64,000 bases of DNA from Spizellomyces punctatus DAOM BR117 (taxonomy: Eukaryota): the NCBI GenBank assembly GCA_000182565.2, contig KQ257450.1. One strand, 5' to 3'. The notes below the pieces were generated by a model that saw only the letters and a program-made list of their open reading frames with translations, was not told where the DNA came from and searched no databases. The position numbers and the translations under genes are program-made. Below, one piece after another: positions 20,331 to 33,499 of the stretch (the stretch's first letter is position 1; each line of letters opens with the position of its first letter).

Positions 20331-22343
20331 ATGTCTTCCAAACCTCTAAACGTTGCCGATTCTCAGAACTCGTTGAGGACAGAAGGACGACCCGACGGGC
20401 CAGCTTATGGGAGTTACGCGGGTCTCCCCGGTGAACCGTTGATAACGGAAGTGAATACCGTGGAAGGGAATGGTACCCGGAAGAGGCATGGAGAGAGGGA
20501 GCGAGGCAGAGAGAGCGGTGAGATTGGCGATAACCAAGCTGACTTGGTCCAAGAGTCTCAGGTCGCACTCCCACTTCCGGTATCAACAGGTGGTCAGTTC
20601 GCAAATGATGCATCTGAGCAAGGACTCCTTGCCAAACCAGTATCGAGCAGAGATTGGCTTCGCCGACTTGAGGTCAAGGCGAGAATCCGCCCTGCAATAA
20701 TCCAGCCCTTTCCAAAACTCTCTGCCCCGCTCTTTCCCAAACTCAGCTCGAAACTCACCAACCTTATGTCAATTGTCCCATCTAAATGGCGTTGGTTACC
20801 TTTCTGGCTCTACGTAGCGTGCTGGATCATCATTGCTGCCGTTCTCATTCTGTTCAACAATTACAAAGCGACGACGATCGAGGGTACACCTTCTTACATT
20901 GGCTGCACAACCCAGCTATGGGCCTGGAATGTTGAAACATGTGGAACGGATGGCGTATATTGCAAACCCTTTTCAAATCAATCCTTCGTTGTCCGATGTC
21001 CTTCTCTGTGTCATTTAACCTATAATCAGAATAAGAGGTGGTTGGGACCATCGCAGGTTGGCTTCATGCAGCCGTGGGTAGTTGGTACAGATGTGTATCG
21101 AGCCGAGAGCTGGATTTGTCCTAGTGCGATTCATGCGGGATTAGTGTCGAAAAATCTGGGAGGGTGTGCGGTCGTCGAAATTGTGGGTGAAGCTACCGAT
21201 TACCCTTCCACGACTGCCAACGGCATGACATCTCTCGCGTTCGACTCTCGGTTTCCTAAATCATACCGACTCAAGCCGGTAGATTCGTCTTACTGCACTG
21301 ATTTTTCGTGGGGCATCCTTCCGATCGCCATCATCCTCGTTGCACTCTTCCCCCTCGTCCATCCCTCAAAGGGTGCCTTTTTCTTTGCGCTCATCTCGGC
21401 CGGCTTCTGGCATATCATTTTTGTTGGCATTCCGATTCACGACGAGTCTTGGACAGCTGCTGCGTGGGGAACATACTTTGTAACACTCGGATTCGCTTAC
21501 TTCTTGTACAAAGTCATTATCCGGGACACTATACCCTCACCCCCACACTTTCCGATCGACACCTTCTTGTTTACTACGCTACCCTTTTATCTTGCCCTCC
21601 ACATGGAAATCCTAACGGCACCGCTAGCCAATTTCGGACTGACGTCCCGCGCATTTCGTGAACCGACGACTTTGATAGTCTTTATCGTTGCCGTGCCAGC
21701 GGTGGTGATATTGTGCTTGTTTCAACTGTGGTTTTTGCGGCGACATGGAGTGTTGGGATCATACCTCCTTGGATATGGGTTAGCTATAATCGCCTACTTC
21801 CTCCTCCCCTTCGTTTTGTTCCTGCACGTTCACCTCCATCATTATACACTCGGCGTGATTCTCCTCCCCCTTACACGCTTTGTTCAAACCCGTCCCACGC
21901 TTCTGATCCAGGGGTTCCTTCTTGGTCTCGTTGTTCAGGGTTTGGCACGGTGGGGTCCAGCGTCGCCCTTCGACACGTCGTTCCAGAACTTGAACGGAGA
22001 TGAAGCCGTATGGATTCCTCGGCCAGAGTTTACCATTGATCCGGCCGGCTTGGCTGCCAACGGGACTGTGAAATGGTCGTTTGGTATGGACTCCTTGTCA
22101 ACCATACCCGATGGGTTACCCTACGATTCTTTTTCCCTTCTTTTGAACGACGTAGAAGTGTACAGAGGGGCGGAAAGCAAGTTTAACTTGAAGACCGTGA
22201 AGGCGGATTCGAACCCAACGAGACCTTACTATGTTCGTGTGGCTTTCGTGCAGTCGGGTAGTGCGCTTGAGTATTCATATCCAGTGACAGTGAGAGGGAA
22301 TGGAACGGTGACCTATCAGAATGGCACGGTAGTTTCTCTGTAG
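20331..22343 (+). CDS. LCCL-domain multi-pass membrane protein (intronless)
   Basis: Single long ORF. LCCL motif YRAESWICPSAIHAGLVSKNLGGCAVVEIVG, many hydrophobic helices, HVHLHHY motif and a C-terminal beta-rich domain. Confidence 0.85.
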   Translation: MSSKPLNVADSQNSLRTEGRPDGPAYGSYAGLPGEPLITEVNTVEGNGTRKRHGERERGRESGEIGDNQADLVQESQVALPLPVSTGGQFANDASEQGLLAKPVSSRDWLRRLEVKARIRPAIIQPFPKLSAPLFPKLSSKLTNLMSIVPSKWRWLPFWLYVACWIIIAAVLILFNNYKATTIEGTPSYIGCTTQLWAWNVETCGTDGVYCKPFSNQSFVVRCPSLCHLTYNQNKRWLGPSQVGFMQPWVVGTDVYRAESWICPSAIHAGLVSKNLGGCAVVEIVGEATDYPSTTANGMTSLAFDSRFPKSYRLKPVDSSYCTDFSWGILPIAIILVALFPLVHPSKGAFFFALISAGFWHIIFVGIPIHDESWTAAAWGTYFVTLGFAYFLYKVIIRDTIPSPPHFPIDTFLFTTLPFYLALHMEILTAPLANFGLTSRAFREPTTLIVFIVAVPAVVILCLFQLWFLRRHGVLGSYLLGYGLAIIAYFLLPFVLFLHVHLHHYTLGVILLPLTRFVQTRPTLLIQGFLLGLVVQGLARWGPASPFDTSFQNLNGDEAVWIPRPEFTIDPAGLAANGTVKWSFGMDSLSTIPDGLPYDSFSLLLNDVEVYRGAESKFNLKTVKADSNPTRPYYVRVAFVQSGSALEYSYPVTVRGNGTVTYQNGTVVSL

Positions 22344-22477
22344 ATTTTTGACACATTGTACATAGCTTTATGACTTTTTGTTATTACAAACATGTTTTCA
22401 CTACCAAGATGATGATGGGCATAGTAGGACGTCCTCGCCTCATTTTATTGGGAGGGCGCCTTCATGATAGGAAACGC

Positions 22478-25400
22478 TCAATCATAGCGCCCGATAGTAA
22501 CAGGCAATGCCACCTCCTGCTCCAAAAACGTCGCGGGTTGCCTTAGTTCGCTTGTCATCAACAACGACGCTATCCTTCCCTGTGAGTCGTAACGGACAAT
22601 GTCAGTCCACACAACTGTAGTCCAGACAAGGCGCATTCGTACGTGCCTGTAATTGCAGATTCACCCGCTTGATGGTCTCGTACTTAGCCTCAATGGCCTT
22701 GATCCGTTCGCTGTTGCTAGTTTGAAGGAGTTGCACCGTAGAGCCCTAAACAGTCGTACCCGACACTTGAGGAAGAGCCAGTGGCAGTAGAATGAAGATG
22801 ATTCTATATACCAGTTCCTTCGCATCTTTCTCCAGCTTTTCCATCTGCAATTCTAGTTGATTAGCCCTAATGCATGCCTGACCAGCAGTCTGAACATGGG
22901 TCCTGCGCCATAACTGTAGTCAGAATCCAACACAGTGAGAAAGAAACTAGAACATGAGCGCACTGTATTTCAGCTTGCAATTTCTCCACCTCCCGATCCG
23001 CATCGGCCAGTTGCATCTGTAACCCCACCACTCGATCGACTAGTTGGTCTTTTTCGCGGGACCAAAGTTCTGCTTGGGCTTCAGTTCCTTCCCTATCACC
23101 CACTATGAGATGAATTTCAACTGAAAGACGAAGATGGTGGGATGAGTCGTTACCGCGCTAAAACTCGTTTTGATAAGGCTTCAATGGTCTCTTCGCATTC
23201 TTTTAGTCTTTCCAAGTCAGGGGCCGTGACATCTATTTCTGTTTGAAGCTGGAAGATCCTGGATATACAGTGGTGAAAACCGAGTCGTCCATGGTATTTA
23301 TTTCCATTAGCCGCTCACCTAGCATCAGCATCACCCGCTGATTTCCGCAATTCATCCATTTCCATATCACCTTTCCGAATCCCGTCCTTCAAGCGCGCCA
23401 CCTCTGCTTTCAACAAGACCGCTTCCTCCTTAGCGACACGCAATCGCCTAGAAAGCTCCTCTTCATATTTCCGCTGTCTCTCGCGGATGGACGAGGCTTC
23501 TTGGCGTTGACGATTAAGGTTATCGTGGAGAAGACTTATTTCTTGATTCTGGATTTTAAGCTTTTCGAACTGTTTGCCATATATTGATTAGAAATTGAAT
23601 GAGGAAAATGTGACAGACTTGGTCACGTACGACAGATTGTCGGTCAGCCTCTTTTACTTCCTCCTGGATGTGGTCCTTTCGGAGTTTCCTAATGAATTGG
23701 ATGTGATGATAGCGCAAGTAGAATTGGAAGTTGATGTCATTGAGAAGGAGGAGAAGCTGTAGCTTGAGGATGTCGACATGGGAGGGTGTGAGACACTGTT
23801 CCGGGGTACATGTTGGGAGGGTTGCCAGGGAATCCTACAGAGTAGGACGTTCTGCCTTTAGCGTACTTCGCTTCAACTGCTAGCGAACGACAACACGAAC
23901 CTTATAACCGATTATAGTCGTTCGCAATATGCGGTTGATGTTCAAAATGGCATTCAAGTCAACGCCAGCTTCGCCCACGTCACCCTGCGCCACCGTTTTC
24001 ACCTTCTTTTGAGGCCCTATCGGTCTACCTTCAGGCTCGGCTGACACTCCAGGAACAGCATCTTCTGTTTCACGTGAAGAAGTAGGTTGTCTGACCTCAG
24101 CAGATGCGGTACTAGCACCATCACCCTGCAAGGTGGACTTGACGGCATTCACATCTAATATGGATTCCGATCCCCGATCCTTGAGCTTAGGCACAGGAGA
24201 GAGAATGGGGGCGACATGCTCCGTGTGATCCAAGATAGTGAACCGTCTAATAGATTCCTCATTTCCTTCCTCAACGGAATGTATCGACACAGCACTTGGC
24301 TTATTATCGTTCGCTGCAGCTTGCAGACCAGAATAGCTGCGGAGCTCTAGGCTTTCGATTATAACGTCAGAGGGGTCCTTCTGAACCAGCTTGGACATTT
24401 CGCGCTCCTTCTGAGATGTCAAAAAGAGAAGATTTTGATGTAATCGGTGGGACTTTGAAAGTGTCTTATCGGGAATTTGATTCAGAAAGTAAACAAATCT
24501 CATACAACCATGCGGCCAGAAGCCTACCATCAACTTCTTGACAACAATATCATTCAAGTCCATATCTTCCATTTCATCAACTTGTTTCCTCATCTCCATA
24601 AACGGATCATCCGCAAGCTCAAAAGTTCCACTCAAGACCCCACTCTGATCTCGCCATTGGAAATCTGGTCTCTTCACCTCGTAAAACGCCCGTAAAAACT
24701 CTACGGTATTACAGGGAAAAATACCGTAGAGTAGCGTAAAGTAGTTCTCGATGGATTCTGCAATCGCGACGTGGGTATACTCTGTAAGAATAGTATCGAC
24801 AGCTACTTGTGGTTCTTCAATTTCCGACCGATGAGTGACCTGATGCGATCGTTTGCTGGTGAGATTGAGAACAATCGAATAGGTGGATTCCCAATATACG
24901 AGCCGCAGCAGGATAGCTAGTAGATCGTTCAGAGTATCTACTAATCGTCCTACAATTGACGGCATGAGGACGGTGAGGAACGTTACTATAGAGCATATAA
25001 TTCCCGGATTGGTATCTTTCTGTAGCACAATAATAGAAACGAGAAGTTAAACCTCTTCTTCGGGTATTCGGTTTTGACGGTCAGCGTCTATTTACCATGG
25101 CACTGCTCAAAATGGTATGAAATAGTTTGCTTTCGTGGATATAGTAGAGTGGTGCTTCCTAGTATCATGTCGATATTGTGCGAATTACGTTAACAATATA
25201 TGCATCATCAATTTCAAACTGGACACCCCACATACCTCACGCCGCCCAAATTTGATCAGAAACACAAGAACATGCATCCGATGTTGCTTGTTTACACAGT
25301 ATTCATTCAACAAGTCAAAAAAGTCCTGTGCAAAGTATGCGCAATGTCAAGCCTCTTATTCAGGAAGAAATAAAAAAGCGGTATAGGGCACGCTGCCAGC

Positions 25401-26224
25401 ACTTGGACAATATTTGATAGAAGTGGGCAGCAATTGGTAAACTCAACGCTCTTGTAATGAGATCATTCCCAGAATCATCTGCAGGTAATCAGCTTTGGGT
25501 ACGATATTACCTTTGGTCTTGCAACCCCAAATTGCATCAGGACTCGTTCCAAATTGTTTGCGCATACGGTATCCCAGAATGCTCCAATCTTTCTATTAGC
25601 CCGCTCGGAAATTGCTAAAGGTGTTACGCCGCCCGGGCCGTATTCTTTACTACTCGTCTGCCCTCGTTCCCAAACCAGAGCCCGCTCAGCCAAGTAGGAC
25701 CCCACAATCGCACGTCGAAACTGTTCAATTCCAGGCAGATTTCCCATATTCTGGGCCCATGACCAGTGCTCATAAGATAGCAATTCAACGGTAATATTTG
25801 TCACGCGATCCACCAAAGGTTTCCATCTCCCTGCCGTTAGCACCGGTTTCATAAAACTCTCCCACCAATCTGCTATGAACCGTGATGGATCATATATGGG
25901 CAACAGCTTTTGTAACCATGCGACCAGAACCAGCAATTTTGTATCCTCCCCCGCGACCTGCTCTAAGTCCAATCGGTACACACCCCTATGCGATTGGGTA
26001 TCTTTGGGGGCAAATGTAGAGCGATAAAGAGAAACAAGTTCTGTTGCGAGTTTATCCGCAGAAGAATGGAACGTAGGTGGGGAGACGGGGTGGTGAGTTA
26101 TGTAGTTGTGGAGTGTTGAGAATGTTTTGGATGCATCAATGCGCGGGGGAGTTTCGAGGAGAAGGTCGGAAGTAGATGCTTTCAGGTCACTGGCAATGAG
26201 TGCGAGAACGTCGCGGGTGGACAT
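22478..26224 (-). CDS. TSC1: Hamartin (tuberous sclerosis 1 homolog)
   Basis: Hamartin motif YFTLLYGIFPCNTVEFLR, HRLHQNL, LLLLNDINFQFYLRYHHIQFIRKL, then a long C-terminal coiled coil (22600-23570). Multi-exon. Confidence 0.85.
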
Positions 26225-26385
26225 TGAAAGAAAGTTGAAAGTGCAATGGCGAGAAAAAGTAGGTGAATGACAACGACCAGCCCACGGCGTCATTTAACCA
26301 TATTTGGAACTCATGAGGTGGCTGTGAACGTTAATAACACGCTCTCGTTCTCCCTTCTCGTTTCGCCCCATGGGCTCAATCTGCC

Positions 26386-28558
26386 ATGCATCAACTCAAG
26401 GCGAGCGGAAAGTCACCAAGTCCGACGGGTTCTTTCATCGCAGGAATGTCGTGGCGGGATTATGCGCCATTATTCCTCTTTGCATTTCTGGTCAAACTCT
26501 TCCTTATCCCGTCCTAGTGAGCTATCCAACTGTATCCCCGCCAGAAGATATAAGTCAAAGCACAACTAACCGCTCCTTTCCATATTACAGCCGCTCGACT
26601 GACTTTGAAGTTCATCGCAACTGGCTGGCAATAACCCACAACCTCCCCAGTGCCAAATGGTATTACGAGGTAAGGGCGTTCGATGCAACTACGACGCTAT
26701 TGGACTCGAACATTTGAGACGTAGAATACCTCAGAGTGGACCCTAGATTATCCTCCGTTCTTTGCCTGGTTTGAGTGGATACTTTCCCATCCAGCGCAGT
26801 TATTCGACGCCAAGATGCTGGAAATTGATAACCTCCAGTATGCCAGCTCTGGTACTGTTCTGTTCCAAAGACTCAGCGTTATGGCGAGCGAGATGGTCTT
26901 CTTTGCGGGAGCTTTGAGGTGAGTGCCTTATTCTCTCATAGATTCTCCAGGTATCTCCATCTAACTAGATACCGCCACTAGGATAGTTCAACACGTTCGA
27001 GACAGGCGACATAGGCTCATATTCCTGGGGATCATTTTTTGGAGTCCGGGTTTACTGTTTGTGGACCACATCCATTTCCAATATAATGGGTTTCTGTACG
27101 GAATTCAGCTGTTTTCGATATCTGCAATGCTGCAGGTTTGTTACTTTCCTGCCGACATGCCATAGCGTTGAATGTTGTTATAAATACTTTAGTATCCAAG
27201 AATCAGCCAATTATCGGCGCGATCCTCTTCGCAACAATATTGAACTTCAAGCACATTTACCTCTACCAAGCGCCAGCTTATTTTATCTATCTGTTACGGA
27301 GCTACTGCTTTCGCGCAGGTACGGACGACTTGGCCCTGTGCAAGACTTGGTAGCATCTGAGCTTACATTCGCGCCAAACAGACCGCTTCTCTTTCCCAAA
27401 CTTCCTACTCCTTGGCGCGGCAACAATTGGAGTCTTCACAGCCTCATTCGGTCCCTTCATAGCCCACATACCACAGATCATAGCCAGACTGTTTCCCTTC
27501 AAACGTGGCTTATGTCATGCATATTGGGCCCCTAATTTCTGGGCGCTGTATGCATTTGGAGATCGAGTTTTGATACATGGTGAGAGGTTCTACATTTTTC
27601 GACATGATCAACGGGGAACGAGAATGGTTGAACGATCGTTGTGTGCTATGGCAGTTGCTCGTATCATAGGCCTCAGCGCCGGCGTTGAAACCGCGTCATT
27701 GACCAGGGGACTTGTTGGAGATACAGTCTTCGGCTTCCTTCCGGATATCAAGCCGGTGCATACCTTGCTTTTGACTGTACTTTCTCAAGTGGTGCGGTCC
27801 CGTAATAACGTTCACCGTTCTCCTCTACACTTGGCTAAAGTGTTGTTAATTCTAGCCCACACTGTGGAAACTTTGGTCCGATCCGACACCAGCGCGATTT
27901 ATCGATAGTCTCATTCTTTGCGGCTTTGGTTCATTTCTGTTTGGGTGGCATGTGCATGAGAAGGCTATCTTATTGGTGTTGATTCCATTGAGGTGCGTGT
28001 TCTTTGGTGAGAGCATATAATTCTCGTTTTGATGTTGGGCGGCTACAGTTTGCTGGTGAGGAAATCACCGGAATACGCACGAATCTTCTATGTGCTAGCC
28101 TGTACTGGTTATTATTCGCTTTTCCCACTGTTGTTCAGACCAGCAGGTGAGTCCTACATGAGAAGGCGTCGTTGCTTGGTGAGGACTTAATTGTGCGACA
28201 TTCAGAAACGGTTATCAAGACCATCACGCTGGTTGCGTTTGCTTTGTTTGGACACCATTTCCTGGCGATGCTGCATAGCGTGCAGTAAGTGGTAGCAGTT
28301 TCGGTTCTCTCCCGAGCCTTGTCTCATGCAGGTCCTGACTTCTGCAGTGGAAAGTCCAGTTCCGACTTCCAAGTCCTCCCTTGGGAACGAAATTACCTCC
28401 AGGGCCTGATACCCCTGTTTCTGTACACAGAACTCATCCATCCAGTCTTCCTAGGCCCAGATAAATTCCAATTTCTCCCACTGATGCTGACATCTATTTA
28501 TTGCTCAGTTGGAATCCTCTATGGATGGGTTATATTATATCAGTTGGGTATTAGTTAA
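26386..28558 (+). CDS. ALG8: Dolichyl-PP-Glc1Man9GlcNAc2 alpha-1,3-glucosyltransferase
   Basis: [84 protein letters not shown] and [14 protein letters not shown]. Confidence 0.95.
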
Positions 28559-28658
28559 GTAGAAAAATCCAAAAAAAAAGAAGACTATATATATACAAAT
28601 TCCGAATTGTCCAAGGGACGCCCGCATCAGCCGATTTGGTTGACAACAAATGAGGTAA

Positions 28659-29540
28659 TTATGAGTGTCCTTGCGAGGTTGTAGTGGCAAACAGGCGATT
28701 GACTAGATCAACGTTTGGGTCGTCTCCTTGGGATAACAAGGGATGGACCTGCGATTGCCGCACACTCTGCTTGTATTTTGTTAGTAGAAAGATCATGAGT
28801 TTGCATCGGCAATGAGTGTGTCACCTTTGGATCTTCCAAACTCGATAGGGAGTACATTGAGTGGTCCTCACGCCCCTCCTCCGAAAAGATACCCCTAATA
28901 CTCTCACTGGATAGGTCTCGTTTTGACACTTCGGGAACTTTGTAAACGGGATCTGAGGAGCCACTCTGATGAGACCGAAGCCACATATGACCAGCATCAT
29001 CGCAGTGAGCTGCCGTGGCAATTGTACGTACCACCCTTAACGAGCTTCATCTCAATCGTCACCTTGATGATCGAATTGACTCTTGATTCTTGCAGCAAAT
29101 AACGCCTTGACGTTGATCGAGACGCTGCATATTCCGCAAGGTTAATTGAAACCATTCCAATGTCTTCGGTGCTTTTCCCGGCATTGACAGACTGTCGTAT
29201 GTAGAGAATCAATTCGCATGGAAGAAGGACGCCATCCTTTCCAATGATCATTGTCGGTTCAAGGCGGAAGGTACAGTCCCAAGAGGCGACATGCTCTTTT
29301 ACTACCACTCTGTGCAGGGGAGAAGAGGAAAAGTTTGTTTATACTTGTGGTAAGGAGAAAGAGACATTGATAATTTCACCGTACTCACTTGTGGGTCAGC
29401 CCCTCATAGCTTCCACCATTCTTTAGTTTCCATTTAACAAAATAAAGTCCGCTAACATATGGGAGGTTCGTAAGGTCGTGGACATGACAGGTTGCTTCAA
29501 ACTTGACTTTGCGGGACTTGGGGACGAAGAAGGAGGTCAT
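28659..29540 (-). CDS. NT-C2 (EEIG1/EHBP1 N-terminal C2) domain protein
   Basis: MTSFFVPKSRKVKFEATCHVHDLTNLPYVSGLYFVKWKL, IGMVSINLAEYA and RRYLLQESRVNSIIKVTIEMK. The last exon ends DLVNRLFATTTSQGHS*. Confidence 0.85.
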
Positions 29541-30028
29541 GGTCAAGAAAACTTCCGCTGGGATGTTCGGACGCTGGCCAGAGGTGTAAAGAAGGGAAAG
29601 CGGGGGAGGACCGAGTGTCCTCTTCGTCGATGGGTTTTGCACAGCCTCTGTGTCCTTCCTTCTTCCAAAGCGTTGATGGTCACGGCTTTTGAATTGTGCC
29701 CGTTGTTCGCCGATTTAGTATCCGATGAATCAGCAACTTTTGATAAATGAGTGACGTTTAGGTTCGAATGGCTGGTTCAATCCATTCCCAAATCAAGGAT
29801 GAGGTCTGAACTGTCGAATCGTTTGAGCTTTGTCGCCCTCCTTTTTTCTCAAGCCAACGACAGCTGCATTCCCTTCATTCCGAGGGTCCTCGGTCTTTGG
29901 TTGGGCTGTCAAAAGCTCCGCTTATATAGTGGTCGGAGAGCGGGGAAACCGGCTGTGTGTATATTTGTTTCATTCATCGCCTTTTTGAAAGCACGAAAGC
30001 CGCAAAACTGGCAACTACAGCAGTGGAA

Positions 30029-32719
30029 ATGAACTTGCGCTTTGAGAGTGACGCCTGGGCTCCCGCTCCAGTCCCAGTAGGGGAAGATAAGGTCTGGAGA
30101 GAAGTCGAACAGGAAAAGGAATGGTCAGAAAGAGCAAAAGGTGAGGGTCGATTAATGGTTCCGGCTTGTGCCGCCATCTCGATGGGGAAGGCAAGGTGGC
30201 ACATTTGCCCTTGGGACCTTGCGACCTGTATGATGGTCGCCATGCGCAGTAAGATTCTCTCAAATAGGTGCTTACGTCCTTTCTCTGTATTTTAGACATG
30301 TCAGTGCCAGCCCTCAGTGGACTTCGACGTACGAGCTTTGGAGGCCTGGCACCAGCATTTCTGCAGCGAAAGGATTCCTCCTTGGAAAATGGCGTGAATC
30401 CGTGGAAATCCTTTCTGACAGCAGCATCCTCAACATCTCCTGTTAGTATGATACCGCATGACCTTTTCGCTGTTGGTCAAGGGGCAGCTGCGGTCCCAGC
30501 TGAAGTCGTTTCCGCCTTTGCGCGGCAATTCTCTGAAGCCGAGACGTCGGGAGATGAGTCTAGTGTGATCGAACACTCCGATGGGAGGTGAGTGTCCAGC
30601 GCATAGTATTTGGCCAGTGAACTCTGACAATTAACCATGTTCCTGCGCGATGCAGTGAGACGGGTTCTGTTAATCGGTCTCGATCGCGATCTCCTACTAA
30701 ACCTCGGCGGAGGTCCTCCATAGTGTCCCTGAGGAGCCTACCCCGGGTTCCTGAACTTTCGACTGAACGTCCCATTTCTCCCCTTACCCTCGAGGATAAT
30801 TCCGTACACTCTTCTACATCCACCCTCGTTGAGGCGACCCCGACATCCAACAGTGATACTTTGAAAGTACCAAGTGTATTTGAAAGCACTGATGATACAG
30901 CTGATTCAGATGCGGAAGAGTTGTCAACGGAGAGCTCTATTACATTTTATCAAGGTTTCCGTGCGCTTCACCCCAAGTTGGCAACGCCATCCAACCCATC
31001 ATCACCTCGCTCCGTTGGCTTGAGACTCGGCCAATCGACCGAGTTGGATTTGCCACGATCTCCAAACCCCTCATACAGGGCCCCGCCGTCTGCCAAACAC
31101 TTTCCAGAAAAAGCACGGATTCACGCGGCGTCCATCAATAACATTGCCCGACTATTTTCTGAACTGTTGAATGAACGTGACTCTGTGCTGCACGAAAGTG
31201 AAAGACTAGAAGGACAACGGACGGCAATATCTGACGAGCTGAGACAAATTGAAGATCTCCTTACTGAGTTGGGACGACGAAAGCACGAATTGTCGGGCAA
31301 ATTAAAACGAGTAGTTGAAAAGGAAGACAAAGTCAACCAGATGTTGGATGACCTGGACGCAAGGATATCGTCCATTGGGGATGAGACCATGTCGTTTGAG
31401 CGAACTATTCGCACCTTAAAAGGTCGCTCAGCTTCGATTGCGGCTGATGTAGAGACGGATGATGAGGCCCCTGAGATACAGCCGAACACGTGCTATAAGA
31501 CCCTCTATGGGCATAGCGATAGCGTCGAATGCCTGGACTTTGATATGCCCTACGGAACATTGGTAACTGGATCCGCTGACAGGTCAGTAAGGGTGTGGGA
31601 TTTGAGTAGCCACCGATGTGCGGCTTTGCTGCAGGGCCATACTGGTAAGCATTCTGTTGTGATTGCGGTGCCCTAGAGCTTAATACTGAGCCACGACACG
31701 TCTAGGTTGGGTCCGAGCTGTGCAAGTGAAGGACCAAGTATTGATGTCAGGATCAGGGGATCACAGCATTCGTCAATGGAACCTTTCAAATCTGCCACCA
31801 CTTCCAGCAGCACCTCCTGGGAATCTTGCCTCATCCCCTTTCTATACACCAGAAGCTGATGAAGTTTGTGTACATATGTTCCGAGGGCATACTGGCGGAG
31901 TTGGCTGCCTGATGTTCGATGACCAGTGGCTAGTCAGTGGGAGTGTCGACAAGACAGTTCGCCAATGGGATCGAGAGACCGGAAATGAAGTTGCGGTTCT
32001 GCGAAGTGAAAAATGGGTGGATGGAAATCACATGGACAAGGTTGATCGGCTACTGATTGGAGACTTTCCCTCTATGGACGACCGATCCGGATTAGAGGAG
32101 GCCGAGGACGGCAAGGGCATTATTTCGAAACGTGGATTCAAGTTGTATAATGTTGGCGGGCATGTCGGTGCCTTGCAGTTCTGGCATCATGCTCTTGCTG
32201 CAGGTTATGGGGACGGGGTCGTGCGACTGTGGGATTTGAGGACCGGCAAGTGCCACCGTGAGCTGGCTGGACATCTTGCGGCGGTTACCACCCTGAAATT
32301 TGATCAAGCACATGTGATTTCGGGTAGTGTAGATAAAACGATCAAGGTAGGCTTCTTACAAAATGGTATTTATGTCTCAACTGTGCTAAGATCTCTTTCA
32401 TGTAGGTGTGGGATTTACGCACAGGAGAAGCTGTTGACGAAGTTCGATTTGACGGTTGTGTAAATGACCTGCATCATGACATGTTTAGGATAGTCGTAGC
32501 GGCAGGCTCCAAGGATGTGCAGGTACGGATTGCGCGTGTGAGGGTCAACCCTAGATCACACACACTCAAATATTCTCTTGAATTTAGATCTACAATCGGA
32601 CGACATCCGTCATCAAAAGTCTGGAAGGCCATTCAAAGCCTGTGCGATCGCTGCGACATATGGATGACACACTTATTTCCGGAGGGATGGATACCACTGT
32701 ACGCATTTGGCGGATCTAG
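30029..32719 (+). CDS. MDV1: Mitochondrial fission adaptor Mdv1/Caf4 (coiled coil plus WD40 repeats)
   Basis: TFYQGFRA motif, central coiled coil, and WD repeats including GHSDSVECLDFDMPYGTLVTGSADRSVRVWDL, VGALQFWHHALAAGYGDGVVRLWDLRTG and VISGSVDKTIK. The start codon is uncertain. Confidence 0.85.
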
Positions 32720-33499
32720 ATGTAGCCATCAGATACGTCCCAAGTTACAGGACAAGCTTGGATCGTCCAAGATGTATATTATAGAGAGATGGTTGGTAGG
32801 CTGAGGAGAAGTCAAGGGGAAGATGGTTAGGAAATAGTTGTGTGTCTTGTGTATTGCGCAGGTTTGAAAGTCTGTGCTTGAAGGTGTGGAGCGGTTGTCG
32901 GTAGGGAACTGAGTCTGTCCCATTTTCCTCTTCTTCTATTATATATTATATATATTGCGCGGGATGGGTAGGGCTGATGCAGCAATTCATTCAAAAGTCT
33001 TTATTATCGTCGTCCATATGCAATTTATCCCAAAAAGGATAAATATCTTTGTGCCTATTGGATAGAAACACGTGACATGTTTCGGTCGAAGCGCCCTTTG
33101 GAGCTTTGGGCTTTGTAGCTGTTGGAGCGAATTGCAGAGGAAGAGTTCTTTCCAACAAAAGCATATCCGCGAGTATTTTCTTCGTGGTCGCAATCCCCTC
33201 CCACTAGGTAAGTGCATATACGACAAGTAAATAGACGGGTGGGGAAACAGTGGAGAAGGACAAGGCGTTCATGTGGGGAATAGTGGAGGATTGGGCCGAG
33301 CATTTTGACTGACCATTTGTCTCTTGCTCTCGTTGGTATCCATCCGTTGCTTTCAACCCGACGATTTTTTCCCTTCCCCTTATCATCCATCCATCCATCC
33401 ATCGCCATCGACACTCCTCTTCTTACTGGCCTTGCGCTGACCTCCCACATACCTCACCCACCCTGTCGTACCATTGTTAATCGTGCCGTAGCAGTCGTC

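Noticed and set aside
33069-33076. Cbf1-like CACGTGAC upstream of RPL17 (also at 54292 before FZO1)
   Set aside because: Single short motifs far from the start codons; insufficient evidence.
32936-33403. (TA)n tract and (CATC)n microsatellite near RPL17
   Set aside because: Short simple repeats with no spacer structure; not CRISPR-like or mobile.
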